DNA of 64,000 nt from Schmidtea polychroa (lineage: Eukaryota). Position 1 is the first letter of the stretch. Each line of letters starts with the position of its first letter. The notes beneath the pieces are model-generated. The model was not told where the DNA came from, did no database searches, and saw only the letters and a list, made by a program, of their open reading frames with translations. Positions 11,388 through 22,232 of the stretch are shown here, one piece after another. Both the position numbers and the translations under genes were made by a program. The DNA lies in assembly GCA_044892525.1 (NCBI GenBank), contig CM097885.1, forward strand, positions 12,650,001-12,714,000. The letters run 5' to 3'.

Positions 11388-11747
11388 ATGGAGCGAATAG
11401 GCGAGGAAGTAAATCACAGTACGACAACCGAGGAGATGTGGAAACAACAATGTGCAATGTTAACTCAAGTGATTTCGAATTTACAGGAACAAGGACTCGC
11501 TGTACAAAGAAGCTTAGTCGAAAGTTTAAATAAAGGCTTCAGTTATGTAAGAATAATCGAAGACCAACGAATAAAAATAGAACAAATGCAGCGAGAGATA
11601 GACCGAATATCACGACACAGCCAGGTGCAAGAAGAGGAGTTAATAAGAATCGCGGAAGAGATGGAGCGAGAGGAGATAGAAGACTGGTCAGAATGGTTAA
11701 CCAGTAGGGAAGAGGGCGGACAAGAGGCCGACTCTTCCAGCCAATAA
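11388..11747 (+). CDS. Accessory coiled-coil protein of the retroelement
   Basis: ATG at 11388 within ORF 11364..11747; E/Q/R-rich heptads; composition like the polyprotein. Confidence 0.6.
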   Translation: MERIGEEVNHSTTTEEMWKQQCAMLTQVISNLQEQGLAVQRSLVESLNKGFSYVRIIEDQRIKIEQMQREIDRISRHSQVQEEELIRIAEEMEREEIEDWSEWLTSREEGGQEADSSSQ

Positions 11748-11836
11748 ATATAACCTAAAATAGCAATGTAAATAACTGTAAATAAAAATACGAAACTGTA
11801 CCAGTAACGAATATATGTATATATATAATTATAGAA

Positions 11837-13225
11837 ATGGATAAGCGACAACGAGAAGAATTCAAAGAAATTGTTGAACAAGTCAGAAAGTCCACCACAA
11901 TTCGAATACACAACCATGTAACGTGTGGAATATGCAAGAGCTTATTAAGAGAACCTCACCAAACCAGATGTGGATGCAGAATGTGCAGAGAATGTGTAGA
12001 GGAGATAATAAAGAAGGGACCACAATGGTGCCCAGTATGTAAAGAAACCATGATAGCAAGTTTGGGAGATACAAACGAAGATAAAGCAGCCGTGAAAGAT
12101 ATGTTAAATTCAAATTTAGGATGTAAAAACACCCCATGCAATTGGCGAGGAGTGATATGGGAAGTGAGGCAACATATGGAGCAATGTGAGTATAAAATCA
12201 GTCAATGCAAACGTTGCCAAGAAGAGATTAAAGTCAATGAAGAAGCAGAACATCAAAGTCGATGCGAAGAAAGACTGGAGAAATGTGAGTATTGCGGAGA
12301 AACCGACACCTGGAAAAAACTAATCAGTCAACATCACAACATACAAGAGGAGAAAGTGTGCGCAGGGTTCAGAGGAGAATGTCCCAATAAATGCGATAAA
12401 TCTGGAGTAATAAGACTCGCTCAACATCTCAGAGAATGTGAAAGGAAAAAGATAACGTATGTGCTAGGAAAATGGGGATGTCAGAAACAATTACACCGAG
12501 GAGAATTACTCCAACATCTAGCAGAAAACGTATCAACACACGCGGAAATATGGTCAACGGTATTACAAGAAAACGAAAGGAAAACCGAAAACTTAGAGAA
12601 AGAAATGGTCTCGCTAAAAGCGTTGGTAAAAGAGTTATTGGAAGAAAAGGAAGCATTTGAAGGGGCGAGAACAAGTACAAAGATACAGACAGATCTAGTG
12701 GAAACTAGCAACATTATGGTGAAAGAACTACATCAAAAAGTAAGCGAATTAAACCTCAACGAATTAATACCAACGGCTCCATACATATGGAAAATAACGG
12801 GAGTAAAAGAGAAGATGCAGAGAGCGAGAAATGGAAAGGATACAACATTACTAAGTCCAGCATTCTACTCATGGAAAAACGGGTATAAAATGAAAATGAA
12901 AGCATACCCCAATGGGGATGGAAGTGCATACGGAACGCATTTCTCAGTATTCTTCTTGATGTGCAAAGGGCTATACGACGAGTTAATAGAATGGCCATTC
13001 AAAGCAAAAATAGACCTCGCAATGATGAACTATCAAAGTATACATGAACAGAGTTTCCATACAGCGGGAAACCTCGTATGTTACCAAAGGCCCTTGGAAG
13101 AAGAAGGACCAGCAACTGGAGCACCGAATTTCATCCTACAGCGGAAAGTAGAAGACATGACGAGAAACGACACTATATACATAAAAATAGCGGTGAGGCG
13201 AGACGGGAAGAGTAGGACTGAGTAG
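11837..13225 (+). CDS. TRAF-like protein (RING, TRAF zinc fingers, coiled coil, MATH), intronless
   Basis: CGICKSLLREPHQTRCGCRMCREC...CPVC; CKNTPCNW; MATH YIWKI...LLSPAFY...GYKM...YPNGDGS.YGTHFSVFF...EWPF...DTIYIKI. Confidence 0.95.
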   Translation: MDKRQREEFKEIVEQVRKSTTIRIHNHVTCGICKSLLREPHQTRCGCRMCRECVEEIIKKGPQWCPVCKETMIASLGDTNEDKAAVKDMLNSNLGCKNTPCNWRGVIWEVRQHMEQCEYKISQCKRCQEEIKVNEEAEHQSRCEERLEKCEYCGETDTWKKLISQHHNIQEEKVCAGFRGECPNKCDKSGVIRLAQHLRECERKKITYVLGKWGCQKQLHRGELLQHLAENVSTHAEIWSTVLQENERKTENLEKEMVSLKALVKELLEEKEAFEGARTSTKIQTDLVETSNIMVKELHQKVSELNLNELIPTAPYIWKITGVKEKMQRARNGKDTTLLSPAFYSWKNGYKMKMKAYPNGDGSAYGTHFSVFFLMCKGLYDELIEWPFKAKIDLAMMNYQSIHEQSFHTAGNLVCYQRPLEEEGPATGAPNFILQRKVEDMTRNDTIYIKIAVRRDGKSRTE

Positions 13226-13443
13226 AGAGACGAATAATTTTGTATATACTAATTGTAAATATCGGCATATATACCCCGTAAAATATTATATAGTAGTGTA
13301 GAAAAATCCCCCAAATCTACTAAAGGTAAACTTAAGCGTAAAACTCCTAAAACAACTCCTATAACGAATTGTAAAAATAAATAAATAATAAACCAGATAT
13401 AAGCGTACAACGTTGAGTTAATGATATCGTTATTTAGACAAAG

Positions 13444-14480
13444 ATGACTCAAGATCAAACGGAAGCCCCAAATAACGAAATAAACATCAGTAGAATACAT
13501 AGAGAAAGATGGGCCAAAGTGATGGCACAATTATCAAATCAAACACGAAATTACCTCGAAGAAGCGAGAGAATGGGAAAACCACCAGTTCCAGTGGTTAG
13601 TACAGAATTTACGGACGGAGGCCGAGGCCTGCAAAAGAGCCGCCAAATGGTCTGCATTAGAAAATACCAGGCAAGAGGCACACGGGCATTACCTGAAGCA
13701 GCTGGTACAGGAGTCAAGAAAAAGACTAACGGATGAGAATAAGAAGCGGGAAATAGAAAAACAAAAGGGGAACGAAAGACCCGCCAACTATTAGCAGAAG
13801 CCAGAAAGTGGAAAAAACAACATATAGAAATCCAAAAAGAGATGAGAGAATTGCCGCAGAGATTGGAACACGAGAGTGATCAAGGGAAATGGGAAGAAAA
13901 CCGGGATCAGAAAGAAGAGCTAAGAAGGCTCCGGAAAGTAGCAGCTAGAAGTCAAACCTGGCAGACCAAGGCCATGGAATTTGAAAAGCATCTGGCCATG
14001 AAACTGTCCATGAAGGAACAGGAGAATACCGCCATGGAAGAGATGATCCTGCAACAGTCAGGTAGAATCGTCGAACTCGTAAACAAGGTGGCAGACCTTG
14101 AAAGAGACAATAACGGCTATAAGGGGGCACTAGAACAAAGGAATATAGTGCTAGCCGGTAAGAACAAGAACTTGGAAAACGAGAGGAAGATGTATGACGA
14201 AAATATCAAGAACCTCGAAAAGGAGATCAAAAAATGGGAGAACGGCGAAAAAGCGGAGGAGTTAGAAAAACAGATAGAAGTAAGAGATGATGAAACCAGG
14301 TATCTGACATACCTGTTAGACGAGGAACTCAACGTGTCAAGAGCGCTAAGAGACGAAGTTCAGGAGCTTAGAGCGCAGATTCCCCGGTACTACATCCCAT
14401 TCGATCCCATCGCAATCCAACTACAAACGTCAATAGACAGCGATGAAGGGTATGTAGGCCAGGAAGAAACCTTTGTATAA
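13444..14480 (+). pseudogene. Accessory coiled-coil protein, probably one gene split by a frameshift near 13770-13790
   Basis: ORFs 13444..13794 and 13842..14480; the second frame is open upstream (LLAEARKWKKQH), echoing YLEEAREWENH in the first. Confidence 0.55.
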
Positions 14481-14531
14481 AGATAAGGAGAAAAGATAAA
14501 AAAAAAATATAAAAAGCGGGACCTGTATCCC

Positions 14532-14557
14532 AAAAAAAAAAAAAAAAAAAAAAAAAA
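14532..14557 (+). repeat. Poly(A) tract (A26) in accessory-gene spacer
   Basis: Direct reading. Confidence 0.9.
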
Positions 14558-14672
14558 TTATTAGTACGATAAAAATATTTACGGGACTGTAACCCTGATT
14601 ATATAAAATTACCTATAAATGTATAAGTATAAGCCGCACTGTAGCGCACTATTAATTGTAAATATTGTAGAA

Positions 14673-15380
14673 ATGAAAATAGAAGAAATATCCACCATGA
14701 CCGAGCTAGAAGAGGGAGAAATTGAAACAGACCCCATAAAAATGAAAACGCCGAAGGACGAGTTGATAGAGGAGAAACAGGAAAAAGAAAGGATGATAGA
14801 CAAATATATGGATGATCGAAGAATGATAAAGGTGCTAAAAAGGGAATGCAAAACATTGGAGGAAATAAAGAAAGAAGTAGAAGTAGAAAACGAATGGCTT
14901 CACGAACAAAGAAAGCGAGGGAGAAACTGGGAAAAGATCGCGGAAGAATTATGGCAGGAGAGAGCCAGTTTCAAGGCAAACGAAGTAATTGAAGATTATT
15001 GGAAAACGGAAGCAAGGAAACGACAAGAAACCATCAAGGAGTTAGAAAACCAGCTGGAAGTAAAAGTACAAGAAAGTACAGAAATGGAGAAATGGAATAG
15101 TAAATATCGAGAAATAGAAACAAAACGGCAGAAACAAAACTCAAAGACAAACGACCCAGAGGAACATGATTTCCTACAATGGGAACTGGAACGGAACCTG
15201 AAAGAAAAGAAGAAGGAGATAAAAACCTTGAAAAGAGAGATAAGACACTTGACAGACAAGGTCCACGAGAAAGAGAGACAACTAGAAATGTTGCCGGAAC
15301 TCCGACATAGAGTCATTAAAGCGGAGTCTAAATTAATGCGAATCCGGGAGAAAAACCCTAAAAAGAAACGACAAAATTAA
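14673..15380 (+). CDS. Accessory coiled-coil protein with basic C-terminus
   Basis: ORF 14619..15380, likely ATG 14673; long E/K heptads; ends KNPKKKRQN. Confidence 0.65.
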   Translation: MKIEEISTMTELEEGEIETDPIKMKTPKDELIEEKQEKERMIDKYMDDRRMIKVLKRECKTLEEIKKEVEVENEWLHEQRKRGRNWEKIAEELWQERASFKANEVIEDYWKTEARKRQETIKELENQLEVKVQESTEMEKWNSKYREIETKRQKQNSKTNDPEEHDFLQWELERNLKEKKKEIKTLKREIRHLTDKVHEKERQLEMLPELRHRVIKAESKLMRIREKNPKKKRQN

Positions 15381-15424
15381 AACCGACAAAAAGCGATGTA
15401 TATAAATGTGTATAAAATTACTAA

Positions 15425-16099
15425 ATGTATATCAGTAGTATGAGAAACAAACCGATCATAGTAATCCTGATGATGACGATAGTCCTTGATCTGGCAAGGC
15501 GACAACCCGTAAAACCCGAAATTGAACATATTCGAGACAGCAGAAAACCCAACCAAAAGACCGAACCAACAGCCAAATCATGCATCTATCCAAGTATCAT
15601 AAAAACCCGTCTTACCGACAATATTCGAGCCACCCGAACGTACGTCAACAATATCAGATTAATGTGTAATAACCACCCCATGTGCAAAATTATTGATAAA
15701 AGAATCCTGGACCAAATTCACCAACTCGATCAGCTGGAACAACAGGTCCAACATCAAGAAATACAAAACCCAGTCGAACCAGTAGAAATCGCCAAAGAAA
15801 TAAATGACCACCATGAACTCCTCTACGTAGTAATCGTCGAAACCACCGTAATCATGGTAATCATCCTCCCAAAAATCCATAATATCTACCAAGTTTGGAA
15901 GAAAAGTCACCCCGTACCGGAAAGATCGTCTCGAAGATCCCAAGAAGCTAATATGGCTGACGTAATCCAAGAAAATCTCCGACAACGAACCTCCATCGCA
16001 GAAACAGTCAGACCGTCCACAAGTCGCCGAATATACTACAACATCGAAACCCAACCACCAAATCACCCATCATCAATGGCAACCGAACAACAAACATAA
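15425..16099 (+). CDS. Accessory predicted membrane protein
   Basis: N-terminal hydrophobic IIVILMMTIVL, three Cys, TM-like LLYVVIVETTVIMVIILP, cytoplasmic tail. Confidence 0.6.
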   Translation: MYISSMRNKPIIVILMMTIVLDLARRQPVKPEIEHIRDSRKPNQKTEPTAKSCIYPSIIKTRLTDNIRATRTYVNNIRLMCNNHPMCKIIDKRILDQIHQLDQLEQQVQHQEIQNPVEPVEIAKEINDHHELLYVVIVETTVIMVIILPKIHNIYQVWKKSHPVPERSSRRSQEANMADVIQENLRQRTSIAETVRPSTSRRIYYNIETQPPNHPSSMATEQQT

Positions 16100-16354
16100 C
16101 ATTTCGAACTGTAACTATTCACAAAATTTTTGCTGTTTTATTATCTTCTGATGAAACCGGTCACCTTAAGTGGCCACTGCTTGCTTATATTTGTCATTTT
16201 CTCTGTTTAATTAAAGTATTTTTGTGTTAATTTGATTTTATGTTTGTGTGGATTTTGATTGTGAGATTATGGGTTATACCGAAAGAAGGTATGATCTAAA
16301 TGTATGATATTGTGTGAATTGCGGGACGCAATTTTAACGGCCCCCGGAGTGATT

Positions 16355-17114
16355 TGTTGGGCCAAGCTCTGAAGGTGTTGGAAAAACGAACCCAGGAAGA
16401 GACAGAGTAAATAAAATAAAAACATATAAAAATTACGAGAAATATAGGAAGAAACAAATTAAACATCCATAAAGAGACAAGAATAACTAAATAAAATAAC
16501 AAAACCTGTAAAGGGGAAATAAGACAAAAGGGAAGGCACCCAATGAGCATAACAGTAAAAGAGAAATAAAATGGCACAAAATTTAAGAAAAACAAATGAA
16601 AATTAAAGGAAAACAAAATAAAAATAAAATCATCCATAAGGTTAATTAAAACAAAAAATGAAGTTACAATAAAATAGCAATAAAACCACAGAAAAATAGG
16701 AGAAAAATAATAAAAAATAGGAAAATAAATAAAACAATAATAGAAATAGGTAGGGTCATTAAAATATAATATACTACGATAAGAAAAACATAAAATAATA
16801 ATAAATAACAAAATTACAAGCAAGGTGTGTCCTGATTGGACGGAAAATAATATATAAAGAGCAACCAAACTCTGTAGAGTATCATTCTAACCCGAAACTC
16901 TACAGGTAAAATTTATTTAAAAATTATCATTCTAACCCGAAACTCTACAGGACGAAACTAGGAACCACTCACGAGCACAGACTTACGAACGATATTCATA
17001 CTTGGACATAACAGATAGTACTTAGAGGCAAATAATAGTCGAGATCGAATCCAGTTGAGAAGAACCAGTCTAACTAAGGAAAAATTTGACAAAACTTTGA
17101 TTTCAATCCCAACA
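16355..17114 (+). repeat. Probable 3' LTR (760 bp)
   Basis: 7-bp inverted termini TGTTGGG/CCCAACA; internal TATATAAA near 16850; ~27-bp internal duplication (16880, 16925); 5' LTR not in window. Confidence 0.6.
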
Positions 17115-19290
17115 CCTTCGGAGAATTTTGGTAAATTATGTTTTGAATTTTAGTATGATAATTTTAATGTTTACTATGAATTTAATATCAAAAGACGTTT
17201 TATGTTTCAATAAAATTTATATTTAAAAACAAAAGATGTTGCTTTCTCTCTATGATGCTGGCGACGACGCCTTTTGGAGTTCGGGTATGATGCGGCTAAA
17301 TTACGTGTGCATTTCAGAGAGAGCTTATGAATATGAATACCCAGAAATTGAATTGACAGAACCAGCCAAGGATCTACATGAACTTGGGTACTATGATGAT
17401 TACTTAATGAATGTAAAAATGTACGATGGCAAGAGTCATCATACCCGGAATCCAGATGGCGTGGTCGCTAGGTAAACGTTTATTTATTTGATTTTTCTTT
17501 TAATTTCATTATTCCCATATTTGTTTGACAGTAATATGAATTTATTAATTGTACATTTATTGGAGAAGGATTTGAGATAAGTCGGGTCGAGTTGTCCTTC
17601 ACGACGGTCCAAGGGCAGTGGGCAGAAATGCGTACTGTCCTTGGGTGGGTTGTGAGGGGTGAGGAAACCCTGTGAGAGAAAACGAATCGAGTCAATGATC
17701 TTTCCATCGAGTGCTATCTATAAAATTAGCCGTCGAAAGCTTTCTATTGAGGAAACTTCTGAGCGATACTGTTTCGATGCCGACAACGTGCTGACCGAAA
17801 ATTCTAGGAGATCGACGACATTTTTCGAGATTTAATCCGAGTTTGAGTTTGGCTATATTCAATTCAGAGCTAAGTTACTTCTTTTCGTCAGAATGTGAAT
17901 ATCGACTATCCTTGAGGGTAATGAAATTCTCGAACTTCACTGATAATTCTAACGTCCATTTTCGTTTCTTGATGAATGATAAAAATCTAGAATATTCTAT
18001 ATTCCTAAGAATTGATAAATTAAGAGAACGTTAGCGATTAAACCCATCGCGGTGATATGTCAGTTGACGAGTAGGAGACTTAATTATCAACCTTCGATTA
18101 GCTGCTGTCATCGATAAGAATTTGCCCTGACAGAAAAGTAAATAGCAAAGTTCTAATTAATCATAGGTACTTACTACAGTCCTAAAGGAAATTATCAACG
18201 ACCATTTCGAACAAATTATCGATAAATTTTCCATCTGATCGAGAAACGACTATTGCAGGGAAGCAAGTAGCGTAGATAAAATATCCCAGCAGTTCGATTG
18301 TGGAACGACATGCGCCAAATCGATGAGACGATTAGGTTTTTTGAGAATAGTCAACATTCACGAGAGAGACAGGAGTTAAATCCATTCTTACCCGGTAACA
18401 GATTTGGGCAATCTTGAAATCATAACAATCGTTACTTCTATAAGCCGGACTCATTATCTTCCATCCGTCTAGCCCATCTGCTAGTAATGTTATAACTGAG
18501 ATAAGCAGACCCAAACCCATACACAGATAAATCCACTAATACATGGGACGTGAGTGAGTCGACATCATCATTGCGTCATAGTAGAATGTGTTAGTAGGCA
18601 TGCATAAATAAGCGACGAGATCAAAGTACACTAACAGACACAATGTCTAGAATTTGTTAAGAGAGGACAGCGATAATTGAGTAAAACGAGATAATACACA
18701 TTAGCGCACATCAGGTAGAGTCTGAAACCAGTACACAACTACATACCGATACGCGTCGTTATGACAACATGAAATGCGAAAATTTAAATAATTAAATTAT
18801 AATTTATGAGGGAAATTAATACTAATAATAATTTTTAACAAATTCGTTTTAACCTAACACAGCGCAAAAATGCATCAACAGCATGGAACTACTTCTTTTA
18901 AATTAAAGCAGGCATAACTCAATAAGCCATAAAAACCAGGGAGTAGACCCACCTTCAATAGGTCATAATAAATAAAAGTAAAAAAATATATTAGTGGTAA
19001 GGAGTAACTTATTGCGATTAGATGATAACTGTCGACCCAGGAACCTAGGTACAATATCAATATGGGTAGAGAAATAACGTGTGATGGTTCTCATTTTCTC
19101 TTCATTACGAACGATGTGATGAGTTGATTTGAAGGTTTACGGTTTGGATGAGTTAAGTGATGTCAAAGGTATGGATGTGGGGGACAATCCTGATTGTATG
19201 CATATGTGGTAGGATAAAGCCCACGATAAAAAGAAAATAAATAGTAGAAAGGATTTTAATGATGTAAATAACGGACTTCTCATTCTTTAG

Positions 19291-20052
19291 ATGACTACTC
19301 CTACAACTGCTGAGAAAACTCTTCGCCCATGTTTCTCCTGCGCGGATAAAAATGCAGATATCGCGCAGCTCCATCTATACATCGGGGCTTTAAAGAAAAG
19401 AATCGACCTTTACGAAGGCACGTGGTTCTCCCCGCCACAAATGAAGGAGGAACGAAAGAAAATCCTCCGGTTAGAACATTGTAAAGATAGCTTGCTGGAG
19501 GAAAGCCGATGCCAACGGCTTACAATCAAAGCCCAATCAGAAGCCCTCCACAAGGTTTATACGGAGGCAGAACTCGCCAAGCGGGTACGGGAATTTCCCG
19601 TCATAGAGAAAATGAACGTTTTCCCTCTTCATCATCAAGTATCCGAACCGACTGCTACGAGCCGCCAAGGGCATGGATCGTGCCTACCGCCCATTCCAGC
19701 TCCAATCTTATCGGGTTCTCAACCCTTGGTAGGTAGACCTACCGAGCCCATCTTGGCTCCAATCTTGGGGGCAACCGTCGTCACCCCGCACACTGACAAT
19801 CCCCCGTCGTCTCGCAAACGGAAACGGCCGATCCGAGCCGAGAAAAATCAGAAACGCCGAGATGCGATGGCTGCTCTCGAGGCGTCACTATCTGTAGCTC
19901 AATCTACCATAAGAGAAATATCCTCCAGCCATTCCATCCCATCAAAGGAAATCTTTCGTGTAATACCGGCAGAAGGCATCAAGTACATTTCTAACCCACG
20001 ACTGCCGGTCGATATCGACGCAATGCTTGCGGATGGAGAACCCTTCGATTGA
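19291..20052 (+). CDS. Hypothetical protein (CxxC, coiled coil, Pro-rich, NLS-like RKRKRP)
   Basis: 253-aa ORF in GC-elevated DNA, preceded by acceptor-like CTTTAG. Confidence 0.5.
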   Translation: MTTPTTAEKTLRPCFSCADKNADIAQLHLYIGALKKRIDLYEGTWFSPPQMKEERKKILRLEHCKDSLLEESRCQRLTIKAQSEALHKVYTEAELAKRVREFPVIEKMNVFPLHHQVSEPTATSRQGHGSCLPPIPAPILSGSQPLVGRPTEPILAPILGATVVTPHTDNPPSSRKRKRPIRAEKNQKRRDAMAALEASLSVAQSTIREISSSHSIPSKEIFRVIPAEGIKYISNPRLPVDIDAMLADGEPFD

Positions 20053-20595
20053 TCAATTCAAAGGTGCCTTGTTCTATGCATGGTCCCGAAGTGAACTTGC
20101 GTGTTTATAAATGCTGTATGTTTGCATGTAAAACAGTTCTTGATTATTCTGCGTGTAATGATTTGTTATAAGTTAATAAATCTTTTATTGTTTCTGATGA
20201 TTGATTTTAACAGGTGAGGTATCGAAGTTGATACGAGTGAAAAGATGATGTCGAATTAGGTGATAATACAAGGTCGTCCCCTTGGACCAGGGTCGGACCG
20301 AATTGTGTATGTAGGACTGGGTAAGACCTTCTAAGGCACCATAGAACCCGTACCGAGAAAGGGTTAGGAGTAGTCTTAAGGCAGAGGCTCACCTGCTAAC
20401 CTTTTCCAACCCGTGTGGGCAGCACCAACGTGGAACACCACCACGGGCCCATGCGTGGGAATATGTACATGATCATTTGGTGTATGTATGGGGAGTATCT
20501 GAGCGGAGTAATGATGCAGGGTGTGTGAGATGATGATGTGTGCAATAATTTCTTTTTCCCCACATATGCCAACAATAATAATTCAGTATTTTTCC

Positions 20596-20600
<5 letters not shown>

Positions 20601-20660
<60 letters not shown>
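20601..20660. repeat. (AAT)n microsatellite
   Basis: Direct reading. Confidence 0.95.
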
Positions 20661-20664
<4 letters not shown>

Positions 20665-20942
20665 ATTTTTACAAATAATTACTATTATTATAAGAACTTT
20701 TATTTCTTCCAATTTCACCACTGATTATAATATCCATTGAATTGAAAAGAGACTTTGAAGATTATAAATCAGTAATATATCGATCTTTGTCGACTCTCAC
20801 AAATTGTCGGCACTGCCTTGTTAAGTGAATTTGATCATTATTACATTAAATATTTATTGTTGGATAATTACATTTAAAAGGTTCAACCAATTTCATAAAT
20901 CAGCTTTGAATCACTTTAATATAAATCTTCATAAGAAATTAC

Positions 20943-21074
<132 letters not shown>

Positions 21075-21310
21075 ATTTACATCAACTCAAATTTAACAGG
21101 GTTAGTCACACAAATCGAATTCTGAAATCAAACAAATGCATTTAATAAAAATTAAAATCATCGACATACACAACCGCCGCCCGCCGCCCGCCCCGAAGGG
21201 GCTGGGCGGTAGTTTGTAAATTTGGTTTATTTTGAATATTATTATTTGATACATAGTTTTATTATTTACAATATTCAAAGTATTAATAACAAAGGTAAAG
21301 AAATAAATGT

Positions 21311-21871
21311 TTAATAAATGTATATAGTATGATACTCATTAATATACATTGAACATGCTTTACATTTGCGAACATTTGAATCATGGCATTTAGAACATAC
21401 AATTACATGTCCGCAAGGTAAAAACAAAACCGATACTTGATTTTCTTTACAAATGTAACAAGTTAAATACATTTTCCTACCATCATTGAGTTTTTTCCTT
21501 AGCTTATTTTCAATCAATTCGGATTTCGATATCCATTCATAAATCAATCTACTACTATATCCTGGTTCCAGCCTTAAATCCATACAATTCCAAAAGCATT
21601 CATTCAATGAATCATTATCTACTATTGCTTTGTCTAAATGCATCAAATAAATCGATAACTTCAAAATGCATTTATTGTAATTAAATAAATCAATCAAATA
21701 TCCAATGGAGGAATGTTTGAAAATTTCTAAAATTTTTATGGTTTCCTTTTCAGTGAAAGTATCATAATTGTTCATAAAATCTTCAACGGTGCAGTTTAAA
21801 AACTTGAATGATCTCGTGGTCATCAGTAATTTCTTAATAAATTTATGAAAATACTTATATTCTGCACACAT
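21311..21871 (-). CDS. Protein with C-terminal IAP-type RING finger, no BIR domain seen
   Basis: CYICKENQVSVLFLPCGHVIVCSKC...CKACSMYI...IYIY at the extreme C-terminus. Confidence 0.8.
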   Translation of the reverse strand: MCAEYKYFHKFIKKLLMTTRSFKFLNCTVEDFMNNYDTFTEKETIKILEIFKHSSIGYLIDLFNYNKCILKLSIYLMHLDKAIVDNDSLNECFWNCMDLRLEPGYSSRLIYEWISKSELIENKLRKKLNDGRKMYLTCYICKENQVSVLFLPCGHVIVCSKCHDSNVRKCKACSMYINEYHTIYIY

Positions 21872-22232
21872 TTATAAGAGATACATTAAAACAACTCATT
21901 TATTAAACAAGAAAATAATTTAAAATCAATAATGGTAATTTTAAGGATTATCTTCGATAGATTTTATTGAATAATGGTTCATTAAAAAGGTCTTGAAGAG
22001 CTCTATCCAATGGTTATATATTTGAAGATATAATGTTTGTGCACAATATAGTAAGTATTATTATTTTTATTATTATTTTTATTAACAAACTACATTCTAA
22101 TAAAATACTTTTACACATCAAATTATTAAAAAAAAATCAAAGAAATAAAACCGATAATTATAAAACGAAAAAGAGACTTTACAATAATTTCTATTTTACA
22201 AAAATTCAAACATGTCCGATCACAGAATTAAA

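Larger units (their letters stand above)
1..17114 (+). mobile_element. Giant Ty3/Gypsy-type LTR retroelement with env-like gene and accessory ORFs (5' part outside window)
   Basis: PR-RT-RNaseH-IN order in ORF 3..8390; uniform A-rich purine-skewed composition continuing through the 3' ORFs; probable LTR TGTTGGG..CCCAACA at 16355-17114. Confidence 0.85.

Noticed and set aside
463..16868. Numerous minus-strand hydrophobic ORFs over the retroelement
   Set aside because: Antisense shadows of an A-rich coding strand
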